Below, one piece after another: positions 19,932 through 28,585 of a stretch of DNA of 32,000 nt. The position numbers and the translations under genes were made by a program. Below the pieces are notes generated by a model, which had not been told where the DNA came from, searched no databases, and was given only the letters and a program-made list of their open reading frames with translations. Position 1 is the first letter of the stretch, and each line of letters begins with the position of its first letter. Source of the DNA: Trichodesmium erythraeum IMS101. GTDB lineage: Bacteria > Cyanobacteriota > Cyanobacteriia > Cyanobacteriales > Microcoleaceae. The DNA lies in the NCBI RefSeq assembly GCF_000014265.1, contig NC_008312.1, forward strand, positions 2,970,001 through 3,002,000. Reading direction: 5' to 3'.

Positions 19932-21317
19932 TTACCTCTCAATATCTTCTAACACATCCTGAAATGGATTAGAAATGAAAAGGTTATCCATTCGGAAATC
20001 TTTAGCTTTTCCTTCTGCTTGCATCTGCCTGAGAATTGCTGCAGTTGCATTTACTGCTGACTGCATTGCACTTTCAATACAGCCTCCAGCAAAAGAGCAA
20101 TTATTTCCAGCTAGATATACTCATTTGTTGAGTTGCTGGTATTGCTATACCAACTTACTTGTGGCATAGTATTGCTTGAGATAATCTATCTTAAAAACTC
20201 CAGAAATCATTGGCTATTATTTCCAGCTAGATATACTCATTTGTTGATTTGTTGAGTTGCTGGTATTGCTATACCAACTGATTTGTGACATAGTATTGCT
20301 TGAGATAATCTATCTTAAAAACTCCAGAAATCATTGGCTATTCTTGCTAAACAACAGAAGCTAGACGATCATCTTCAGATTCAGAAATAGAATCTAGAGC
20401 AGCAGTTATTGGGCTATCTGAGTCCGATCCTTCCAGACCAAACTGATAAGCTTTATTCAGAAAAAAATCTGAACTCTTACTTGGGTAAATAGTCTGATAG
20501 CTCTCATAATTCCGTGTAGCCATCATCTTAGTGGAATCATCTTCCCAGTTATACCTGATGAGTATATTGAAAGCTGCATCATCTTGATCTGGATAAGGAT
20601 CAAGAAAATATATTTGTCGTGCCAGGGTATCTTTAAGAACGCATTTGATTGCTTCTCCTTCATATTCTGGCCAACCTGTGATAGCTCTACTATTTGCCCA
20701 AGGTTTCGGATCGCTCAAACCAAACATTGACATTGTTTGAGTTTTCTTGGTCTTCTGCCTGAGAGTAGTCGTCAATATCATTCCAACTGTATTTTAATCC
20801 CGGAAAAATTAGCTGTGTAGCAACAACACCGGGGCCAGGGAAATTTTTCTGTCCCAAAGTGATCTCCACCATTTGCCTCCAAAACTTTGGAAAAGTAGTG
20901 TCAAAACAGCTTGGAGTTTTCTGGAATTCTCATCGGCCCCATTTAATTCACATATTTTCTTCTATTACTTTTGAATGTAGGAGAATATGCGCGCCCACCA
21001 ACTAGGACTTGTCCATTTTTTTGTTGGCGAGCTTCATAAATTATGATATCTGTAATTCCTGCTTGATGCAATTCGTAGGTGGCTTTTGCTCCGGGAAAAC
21101 CAGCTCCTATTATGGCAACCTTTATACTTGTATCTGTCACATTTGCAAAAGGAGCAGAATTATCTCGTACTAATTGAGGATAATTATAAACAAAGGTATC
21201 TACCATGGGGGAATATCCCGTATTTAATATGTTTAGTTGCTCTGTTTTTCTAGTAGCTCTTCGACTCTTGGGCTTCAGCTTACCGAAAATACTGCCTACT
21301 CCTCTAAGGGCAGACAA
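19932..21317 (-). pseudogene. Decayed flavin-containing amine oxidase (L-amino-acid oxidase / tryptophan 2-monooxygenase-like) gene
   Basis: The N-terminal FAD fold is present (KVAIIGAGFPGAKATYEL...GGRA). Next comes YVN*MGPMRIPENSKLF*HYF with in-frame TAA and TGA, then FPGPGVVATQLIFPGLKYSW in another frame. The C-terminal FAD motif VYLAGNNCSFAGGCIESAMQSAVNA ends at TAA (19932-19934). An internal tandem duplication is also present. Confidence 0.75.
20101..20340. repeat. Tandem duplication (116 bp plus 124 bp) inside the amine-oxidase pseudogene
   Basis: TTATTTCCAGCTAGATATACTCATTTGTTG...CATTGGCTA occurs at 20101-20216 and again at 20217-20340. The second copy carries an extra 8-bp ATTTGTTG duplication and a few substitutions. 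Confidence 0.9.
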
Positions 21318-21473
21318 TGATGGAAATTATAAGTAGGCATAATTCAATTCACTACCTTACTTTACACTACAGCAACTGGATATATTATATTTACAGCTAT
21401 TTTACCACTATTTTACCATCAAAGAAAATTAAATAATAGTTAAGTTGCTATTTAAGTTTTTTGTGCGATGAAG

Positions 21474-21508
21474 GTGTTAGGTTTCAGGTATCAGGTTTTA
21501 GGTTTAAA
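21474..21508. repeat. STRR-like heptamer microsatellite
   Basis: gtgttag gtttcag gtatcag gttttag gtttaaa has period 7. Confidence 0.8.
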
Positions 21509-21634
21509 AATCAACAAATTGATCATATCTTACTACCAAGTCGATTGATTTTAGTCACACCGTTAAATCTCTATAACTTTTTACTTCAATCAATTTTCTA
21601 TCTTTGCTTTCTAACTGAAACCTAAAATTACTAA

Positions 21635-22084
21635 ACCTACTCAAACTTAAAATATTTGGGAGTGCTAATGGTCAGCTTATAAAAAATTAGAAAGAAAAAA
21701 GTCATTTACCAAAAATACCTTTTTTTGAGGTTTGTCTGATTTTTTTTAGCATCATATTTGAGCAAATATTCGTTAGCGATCGCTACCTACTCAAACTTAA
21801 AATATTTGGGAGTGCTAATGGTCAGCTTATAAAAAATTAGAAAGAAAAAAGTCATTTACCAAAAATACCCTTTTTTGAGGTTTGTCTGATTTTTTTTAGC
21901 ATTATATTTGAGCAAATATTCGTTAGCGATCGCTACCTACTCAAACTTAAAATATTTGGGAGTGCTAATGGTCAGCTTATAAAAAATTAGAAAGAAAAAA
22001 GTCATTTACCAAAAATACCCTTTTTTGAGGTTTGTCTGATTTTTTTTAGCATCATATTTGAGCAAATATTCGTTAGCGATCGCT
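21635..22084. repeat. Tandem triplication, 3 x 150 bp, of the dndD 3' end (last ~26 codons plus stop) and its ~71-bp 3' flank
   Basis: AGTGCTAATG recurs at 21661, 21811 and 21961. The copies differ by single substitutions (21720 T vs C; ATCATA vs ATTATA). Each junction falls just after a HIP1 site (GCGATCGCT|ACCTAC). Confidence 0.95.
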
Positions 22085-23988
22085 TCTAAATTACGTAGAT
22101 TTTCTACTTCTGATTTACTAATCTCAGTATCAGTAGAAAACAGAATAACTTGATGACTAGCAGCAGGGAAATAACGTTCAACTAAATTTTGACGATGAGA
22201 AGAATCTAACCTACCTAGAGGTGTATCAATAGCCACAGGTAAACGTCTACCAGAAACCCTTGCCAACCCCCATAAAAAAGAAATTGCCAAAAGTTGTTTT
22301 TCCCCTGCAGATATTCGATTTTTAGGAACAAGTTGCCCTTGATTATTATAGAGAAAAAGGGTAAAATTATCAGTATCAATAGCCACGCGATGAACTAAGT
22401 CTGATTTATGCAAAAGATAACGGAAACATTCAGTTACTTCTCTTTCTAATTTATTCAGCTTTTTCAGGGTTAACTTATGTTTAAATAGCTGTAAAGTCTG
22501 CTTAACTTTTGCAGAAGAATTAATTATATGTTGAATATTGTGACGTTCGATAGTTTCGTCAGTATAACTCAACAATTCTTTCTTAGTTTGAGTAATAGCA
22601 TCCTCTAATTTTTTAGAATCACGCTTACTATTTTCATAAGCAACTTCTGCCCTTGCTAACTCAGTTTGTGACTCTTGCAAAGTAGTTGCTAAAATTTCAT
22701 AAGCTTCTGGGGGTGCTGCAGCTGCCAATTGCTTTTCCAAAATATCTATCTCTACTTCAAAATCTTTCAGACGAGTTAAACTTTCCCGGGCACTTTTAAG
22801 AGAATCTTCAATCTCATAGCGCAATAAATTTTCTAGTAGAATTAAAGTTTCTTCATCAGCGGACAACCAAGGTTCATTAACTTGATTAATATCATCTTTC
22901 AGCGTCAAATTTTCTTGATTGAGAAACTCTTCAATTTTGCTAATTTTATCAGTAGAAATAGATAAATCATCCAGATAATTAAGTAGACGTTTATCTCTTT
23001 CCTGAAAAGCATCCAAAGCAATTTCTGCTTCATGGCGTAAAATTTCCAAATCACCCTGAGAACTTGCTTGTTCCAAAAGTGGAGAAATTAAAGCTATAGG
23101 TAAAGCTCCCCCAGCAAGTTCAACCATTTCCTGACGAGCATTATCCACATCTAGCTCTGTATCTTTCAACTCTTGTTCTAACTGACTCCTTTCCGCAGCA
23201 ATTTTCCCTCCTTCTGAGACGAATTTTCTCATTGCTTTTTTTTGCTTTTGTTGAGATTTTTTTAATTTTTTTTCCAAGTCTATTTTTTTGTCTTTTATCA
23301 ATTCTAAATCTGTTTTTTGCTGATTAATTTTTTGTTCAATTTCCTCTAGATTTGCTATTTCTTTAGTCTTAGAAAGTTGTTTCTTTTTCCGAGTAACTAA
23401 AATATCTAAATCTGCTGCCAGACGTTCCGCTAATTCTAATCCCAATAATGACTGAATTGCATCTACAACTAAAGGTGGTGGTGTTTCTAATTCAGCTAAT
23501 TCTTTTACCTGTTCTCCATCAAATAGAAATAGGTTAGAAATTCCTAAAGGTAAAAGATTTTCTATATATTCATCCCAGGTATTTGCTAAGTAATAATCTG
23601 GCCATTCTCCATCAAGAATTCCCAGAGTATCTTTGCCGTCTTTAGGATTTTTTTCCCAGGTACGAACAATACGATATTCTACAATTTGGTCATCTTGAAT
23701 ATGTTCAAAAGCTAATTCAATACGAGTTTTTTCTGTCGGTGGAGTATTCCGGTTTACGCACTGAGAAAGAAAGTCGCCATAAGTTAAATTTCCCCTAGTT
23801 GAACATTGGGCACGATGACCGTAAAGTGCAAGGCGAATGGCATCTAAAAGAGTAGTTTTTCCTCCTCCATTCATACCTCCAAATAAGATTATAGGGCAGG
23901 GGCGATCGCTAAGTGTAGGGCGAAGGTTTATTGTTTGTTTACCGAAGTACGGTCCGAAGTTTTGTAAGACGAGTTCTAAGAATATCAT
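22006..23988 (-). CDS. dndD: DNA phosphorothioation protein DndD (SMC/ABC-like ATPase)
   Basis: The 660-aa ORF has MIFLELVLQNFGPYFGKQTINL...ILFGGMNGGGKTTLLDAIRLALYG (Walker A), a long central coiled coil, a C-terminal signature (ISAGEKQLLAISFLWGLARVSGRRLPVAIDTPLGRLDSSHR) and VILFSTDTEI. This is the DndD architecture. Confidence 0.9.
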   Translation of the reverse strand: MIFLELVLQNFGPYFGKQTINLRPTLSDRPCPIILFGGMNGGGKTTLLDAIRLALYGHRAQCSTRGNLTYGDFLSQCVNRNTPPTEKTRIELAFEHIQDDQIVEYRIVRTWEKNPKDGKDTLGILDGEWPDYYLANTWDEYIENLLPLGISNLFLFDGEQVKELAELETPPPLVVDAIQSLLGLELAERLAADLDILVTRKKKQLSKTKEIANLEEIEQKINQQKTDLELIKDKKIDLEKKLKKSQQKQKKAMRKFVSEGGKIAAERSQLEQELKDTELDVDNARQEMVELAGGALPIALISPLLEQASSQGDLEILRHEAEIALDAFQERDKRLLNYLDDLSISTDKISKIEEFLNQENLTLKDDINQVNEPWLSADEETLILLENLLRYEIEDSLKSARESLTRLKDFEVEIDILEKQLAAAAPPEAYEILATTLQESQTELARAEVAYENSKRDSKKLEDAITQTKKELLSYTDETIERHNIQHIINSSAKVKQTLQLFKHKLTLKKLNKLEREVTECFRYLLHKSDLVHRVAIDTDNFTLFLYNNQGQLVPKNRISAGEKQLLAISFLWGLARVSGRRLPVAIDTPLGRLDSSHRQNLVERYFPAASHQVILFSTDTEISKSEVENLRNLEAIANEYLLKYDAKKNQTNLKKGYFW

Positions 23989-25125
23989 TTCAGTTATTAG
24001 TTATCAGTTATCAATACTTATCCCACTCAGTATTCGGCTTGAAATACTGAAGTTTATTTTTTGATTCTTAAGACTTACCTTTTTCCTGTAGAAGGTAAGT
24101 CTAACAAATAAAATTTTAATTTACCCCGTGAGAAATTTTTGCCTTTTATCCAAATTTATTTGGGAAAATATAGGTTTACCAGAAATAAACTTTTCAAAGA
24201 AAATTTTATAGTTACTCCTATATCAGTTATCAGTTATCAATACTTATCCCACTCAGTATTCGGCTTGAAATACTGAAGTTTATTTTTTGATTCTTAAGAC
24301 TTACCTTTTTCCTGTACAAGGTAAGTCTAACAAATAAAATTTTAATTTACCCCGTGAGGAATTTTTGCCTTTTATCCAAATTTATTTGGGAAAAGATAGG
24401 TTTACCAGAAATAAACTTTTCAAAGAAAATTTTATAGTTACTCCTATATCAGTTATCAGTTATCAATACTTACCCTACTCAGTATTCGGCTTGAAATACT
24501 GAAGTTTATTTTTTGATTCTTAAGACTTACCTTTTTCCTGTACAAGGTAAGTCTAACAAATAAAATTTTAATTTACCCCGTGAGGAATTTTTGCCTTTTA
24601 TCCAAATTTATTTGGGAAAAGATAGGTTTACCAGAAATAAACTTTTCAAAGAAAATTTTATAGTTACTCCTATATCAGTTATCAGTTATCAATACTTACC
24701 CTACTCAGTATTCGGCTTGAAATACTGAAGTTTATTTTTTGATTCTTAAGACTTACCTTTTTCCTGTAGAAGGTAAGTCTAACAAATAAAATTTTAATTT
24801 ACCCCATGAGGAATTTTTGCCTTTTATCTAAATTTATTTGGGAAAATATAGGTTTACCAGAAATAAACTTTTCAAAGAAAATTTTATAGTTACTCCTATA
24901 TCAGTTATCAGTTATCAATACTCACCCTACTCAGTATTCGGCTTGAAATACTGAAGTTTATTTTTTGATTCTTAAGACTTACCTTTTTCCTGTAGAAGGT
25001 AAGTCTAACAAATAAAATTTTAATTTACCCCGTGAGGAATTTTTGTCTTTTATCTAAATTTATTTGGGAAAATATAGGTTTACCAGAAATAAACTTTTCA
25101 AAGAAAATTTTATAGTTACTCCTAT
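23989..25125. repeat. Type-A tandem array, 5 x 226 bp, starting directly at the dndD start codon
   Basis: TCAGTTATCAA recurs at 24004, 24230, 24456, 24682 and 24908. Each unit holds heptamers (CAGTTAT)n, an 8-bp AU-rich hairpin followed by TTTATTTTTT, a perfect 10-bp hairpin AGACTTACCT-N12-AGGTAAGTCT, and a ~73-bp core shared with the type-B units. Confidence 0.95.
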
Positions 25126-26190
25126 TTACTATTGCACTTTTTCTGTAGAAGTTAGGTCTAACAAATAGATTTTTTTTCAACAAGAAAAAATTTTGGGATT
25201 TCATCTAGAGGATGAACTGAAAAGATAAAATTTCATATTATCTAAATTTATTTGGGAAAATATAGGTTTACCAGAAATAAACTTTTCAAAGAAAATTTTA
25301 TAGTTACTCCTATTTACTATTGCACTTTTTCTGTAGAAGTTAGGTCTAACAAATAGATTTTTTTTCAACAAGAAAAAATTTTGGGATTTCATCTAGAGGA
25401 TGAACTGAAAAGATAAAATTTCATATTATCTAAATTTATTTGGGAAAATATAGGTTTACCAGAAATAAACTTTTCAGAGAAAATTTTATAGTTACTCCTA
25501 TTTACTATTGCACTTTTTCTGTAGAAGTTAGGTCTAACAAATAGATTTTTTTTTCAACAAGAAAAAATTTTGGGATTTCATCTAGAGGATGAACTGAAAA
25601 GATAAAATTTCATATTATCTAAATTTATTTGGGAAAATATAGGTTTACCAGAAATAAACTTTTCAGAGAAAATTTTATAGTTACTCCTATTTACTATTGC
25701 ACTTTTTCTGTAGAAGTTAGGTCTAACAAATAGATTTTTTTTTCAACAAGAAAAAATTTTGGGATTTCATCTAGAGGATGAACTGAAAAGATAAAATTTC
25801 ATATTATCTAAATTTATTTGGGAAAATATAGGTTTACCAGAAATAAACTTTTCAGAGAAAATTTTATAGTTACTCCTATTTACTATTGCACTTTTTCTGT
25901 AGAAGTTAGGTCTAACAAATAGATTTTTTTTTCAACAAGAAAAAATTTTGGGATTTCATCTAGAGGATGAACTGAAAAGATAAAATTTCATATTATCTAA
26001 ATTTATTTGGGAAAATATAGGTTTACCAGAAATAAACTTTTCAGAGAAAATTTTATAGTTACTCCTATTTACTATTGCACTTTTTCTGTAGAAGTTAGGT
26101 CTAACAAATAGATTTTTTTTTCAACAAGAAAAAATTTTGGGATTTCATCTAGAGGATGAACTGAAAAGATAAAATTTCATAATTACTCCT
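25126..26190. repeat. Type-B tandem array, about 5.6 x 188/189 bp, contiguous with the type-A array
   Basis: TTACTATTGCAC recurs at 25126, 25314, 25502, 25691, 25880 and 26069. The period varies with a T8/T9 run. Each unit ends with the same core as type A (TCTAAATTTATTTGGGAAAATATAGGTTTACCAGAAATAAACTTTTCA[A/G]AGAAAATTTTATAGTTACTCCTAT). The last unit is truncated. Confidence 0.95.
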
Positions 26191-26269
26191 AACATCAGGA
26201 AATAAGTTATTACAAAAGTGTGTTGATCACTTAATAACTGAAATGTTACCTAAATATAGGATAAATTCA

Positions 26270-26533
26270 TAATAATTGGTATAACAAATAGATTTTTTTT
26301 CTTCAACAAGAAAAAAATTTTGCCTTTGGCATAAACTCAGAAAAATAAATATTTACCAGATAGAATTGTATCTCTCGGAAAAGCTTTATAAATTCCTAGT
26401 CATTATAGAATTTTATAGGTAAGAGATAAGTCTTAAAAATATAATTTTATTGTCACTATGTGAGTAATTTTTACCTTTTCTCTTGATTCCAAAAAAATAG
26501 AGGTTTACTAAACAATAAAATTCTTGCTTATTC
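26270..26533. repeat. Diverged single copies of the A/B repeat unit next to the dndC stop (older repeat generation)
   Basis: ACAAATAGATTTTTTTTCTTCAACAAGAAAAAAATTTTGCCTTT... and GATAAGTCTTAAAAATATAATTTTATTGTCACTATGTGAGTAATTTTTACCTTTTCTC...AATAGAGGTTTACTAAACAATAAA align by eye with type-B and type-A units with many substitutions. Confidence 0.6.
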
Positions 26534-28090
26534 TCACTCAGTATCTGCCGAAATTTGACGAGAAAACTTCATATTTGCCCAACTTAATTGTTTGATTTTT
26601 TCTGAAACTTTTCCTCTATCAACAGCTTCTTTGAGGTCTCTTTTATTATGAGCATTTTGAATAGCTTCTTCCTTAGAACGAGAACTTGTTTCAAAACATT
26701 GTTCAAGACTTTCATAAATCTTATACCGGTGAGACTTAATATAATATTGCCGTTCTGTGTCTAACAGTTTTGCCATAAGTTCAAGATGCATCTCATCCTG
26801 ATTACATATTTCTTCTAATACTGACCATTCATCACTACCTAAAAGACTCATTCCTGTACCAGGACGACAGTCTTGAAATTCTTCTCCTATTACTTCTTCA
26901 TATATACGAGGTAAACTATCATCAAACTCGTGTTTTTCTTCTAACCATATGCGTCTAATTTCACTAAGTTCTTCTGAAGAAATTAGAGTAATACCTCGCA
27001 TATTTTCTGGAGCATTTTCACGAATTTTGGCTTGAGCTTCTAACAATTTTCTAAGTAAAGTATCTCGCCATTCTTTTTTGTAAGGACCGGGTATTGGTTC
27101 TACAGAAACTTCACCATTTATATTCCGTTCAAAGAGTTGAACTTTTCCCCAAATTCGCCGAAAATCTCTTTTATCTCTGTCAGAAATATCTAGTTCTTGA
27201 CGCAAATTTATTAGAGGTTGTAACCATTCTTTTTCTTCATCATTTTGAATCATTGCTGACATAGATTTATCACTATCTACTAAGGTACAAACCCAACATC
27301 CAAAACGAGAACTTCCACAACTAGGAGTAGAGGTATCAACCACTAAGGGACATTCATTATCTTCTGTTGCACCTCGATACATTGCTAGTAAATCTTTATT
27401 ACTATTTTCCCAAGGATTTTCCCATTGCATTAAATATAGCCAAACTTCATCAGTTCGCCAGTCTTCAATAGGAGTATAAAGCAAAGAATTAAGGAGACTA
27501 GGATGAGGGCTTAGATGGTTTCTTAATCTACCAATTTCTCGTTTATTCATTATTGCTAAACGATTAGCACTTTCTGCTTTACGAGTTCCTAAAACAACTA
27601 TTGTTTCCCCATTATTTCTAACAACATTACGAATAAAAAGATTGGATGGATCTATTTTTAAACGGGGAGTACACCAGCGAAATGTATGACGTGGAGCTGG
27701 GTATCCTTTACCAAGTAGTCCTACCCAGTATGTTTGTTTAACTGCTGGTTTTAATAAATGACATTCTATAGGTAGTTTCTGATTTTTTGCAGACTCTTTC
27801 ATCAACTGTAAAGAGTTAGTTACCCAAGCAGAAACAATGGGATTTTCTACTAATGTATCTGTGGTAATAACGTGGATAGTTTTAATTCGTTTTTTTTGGG
27901 GAAGTTCGGCGATCGCATTCCATATAAGCTGCAATGTTGCGGTACTATCTTTACCCCCTGAATATCCAATAACCCAGGGAATAGAATCTAAACAATATAG
28001 TTCTTGAATTTCTGTAGTTAGCTTTTTTATATCTTCTACTAATTGGGTAGTAGTTCTGCTTGGAAATAAAGATTGTTGTGTACCTTTCAT
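26534..28090 (-). CDS. dndC: DNA phosphorothioation protein DndC (PAPS-reductase-fold ATP pyrophosphatase / sulfurtransferase)
   Basis: The 518-aa ORF has IGYSGGKDSTATLQLIW (SGGKDS PP-loop), WCTPRLKI, and the Cys cluster SCGSSRFGCWVCT typical of DndC. Confidence 0.9.
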   Translation of the reverse strand: MKGTQQSLFPSRTTTQLVEDIKKLTTEIQELYCLDSIPWVIGYSGGKDSTATLQLIWNAIAELPQKKRIKTIHVITTDTLVENPIVSAWVTNSLQLMKESAKNQKLPIECHLLKPAVKQTYWVGLLGKGYPAPRHTFRWCTPRLKIDPSNLFIRNVVRNNGETIVVLGTRKAESANRLAIMNKREIGRLRNHLSPHPSLLNSLLYTPIEDWRTDEVWLYLMQWENPWENSNKDLLAMYRGATEDNECPLVVDTSTPSCGSSRFGCWVCTLVDSDKSMSAMIQNDEEKEWLQPLINLRQELDISDRDKRDFRRIWGKVQLFERNINGEVSVEPIPGPYKKEWRDTLLRKLLEAQAKIRENAPENMRGITLISSEELSEIRRIWLEEKHEFDDSLPRIYEEVIGEEFQDCRPGTGMSLLGSDEWSVLEEICNQDEMHLELMAKLLDTERQYYIKSHRYKIYESLEQCFETSSRSKEEAIQNAHNKRDLKEAVDRGKVSEKIKQLSWANMKFSRQISADTE

Positions 28091-28537
28091 TTTTATAAAT
28101 ATTCTCGAATTTAGTCAAATTAATTTTCTATGATTATGATCTAAATAGGTTCTAGGGATACTATTGTCAGGTTTGTCTTCTAGATTTTTTTTTAATAAGC
28201 AACTAAAGCTGATTATCGTTCAATATTTTTTTTAATTGAATATTGTATGATTCAATCAATTACAGATAGAATAAAATCGGTTTCTTCTTGGCAATACCAT
28301 TTTTTTCTTTTTGTTGATTTCGGTAAAATGTTGACAGTAATGCGCTAATTTTTTTTCTTTTATCCCTTTTTTTTTTAATTATAAAATTAACTATAATAAA
28401 CATATTATTTTGAATAATATCAATATTTATCCCTCATTTTCTATCGGTTACTCTTGACATAATAAATATTATATGATTAGTAAAAAGAACTCTACAATTA
28501 ATTATTATAATAACTCAAAAGTTTTTAAAAACTTTTG

Positions 28538-28566
28538 TTGACAAAAATTTATATATGTAGTATTTT
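28538..28566 (+). promoter_or_regulatory. Candidate sigma70-type promoter of the dndB-like gene
   Basis: Perfect -35 TTGACA (28538-28543), a 17-nt spacer, then TATTTT (28561-28566). The ATG at 28586 lies 20 nt downstream. The promoter sits inside the TTG-extended ORF and so supports the shorter start. Confidence 0.4.
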
Positions 28567-28585
28567 TCAAAAAAAGATTAAAAAT

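Noticed and set aside
20347-21317. ORFs 20347-20781, 20690-20872 and 20943-21317 considered as separate genes, and ORF 19975-20169 (+)
   Set aside because: The minus-strand pieces are collinear fragments of one flavin amine oxidase interrupted by stops and frameshifts. The plus-strand ORF is the antisense shadow of its C-terminal FAD-motif region.
23837-24064. Plus-strand ORF spanning the dndD start, plus the shadow ORFs at 28567-28752, 29010-29237 and 30936-31130
   Set aside because: All lie antisense within strongly supported genes (dndD, the dndB-like gene, the glycosyltransferase) and give low-complexity translations.
25201-25392. A 63-aa minus-strand ORF inside a type-B unit whose TGA overlaps the ATG of the next unit (ATGA)
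   Set aside because: The product is a K/F/N/S-rich low-complexity peptide typical of AT-rich non-coding DNA. The frame is intact only in units with a T8 run, and the T9 units are frameshifted. There is no RBS. It is most likely a chance ORF created by the repeat period.
23989-26190. The large regular repeat array considered as CRISPR or as a repetitive protein-coding gene
   Set aside because: There are no spacers. The units of 226 and 188/189 bp are far longer than CRISPR repeats. Stop codons occur in all six frames within each unit, apart from one short ORF that is treated separately.
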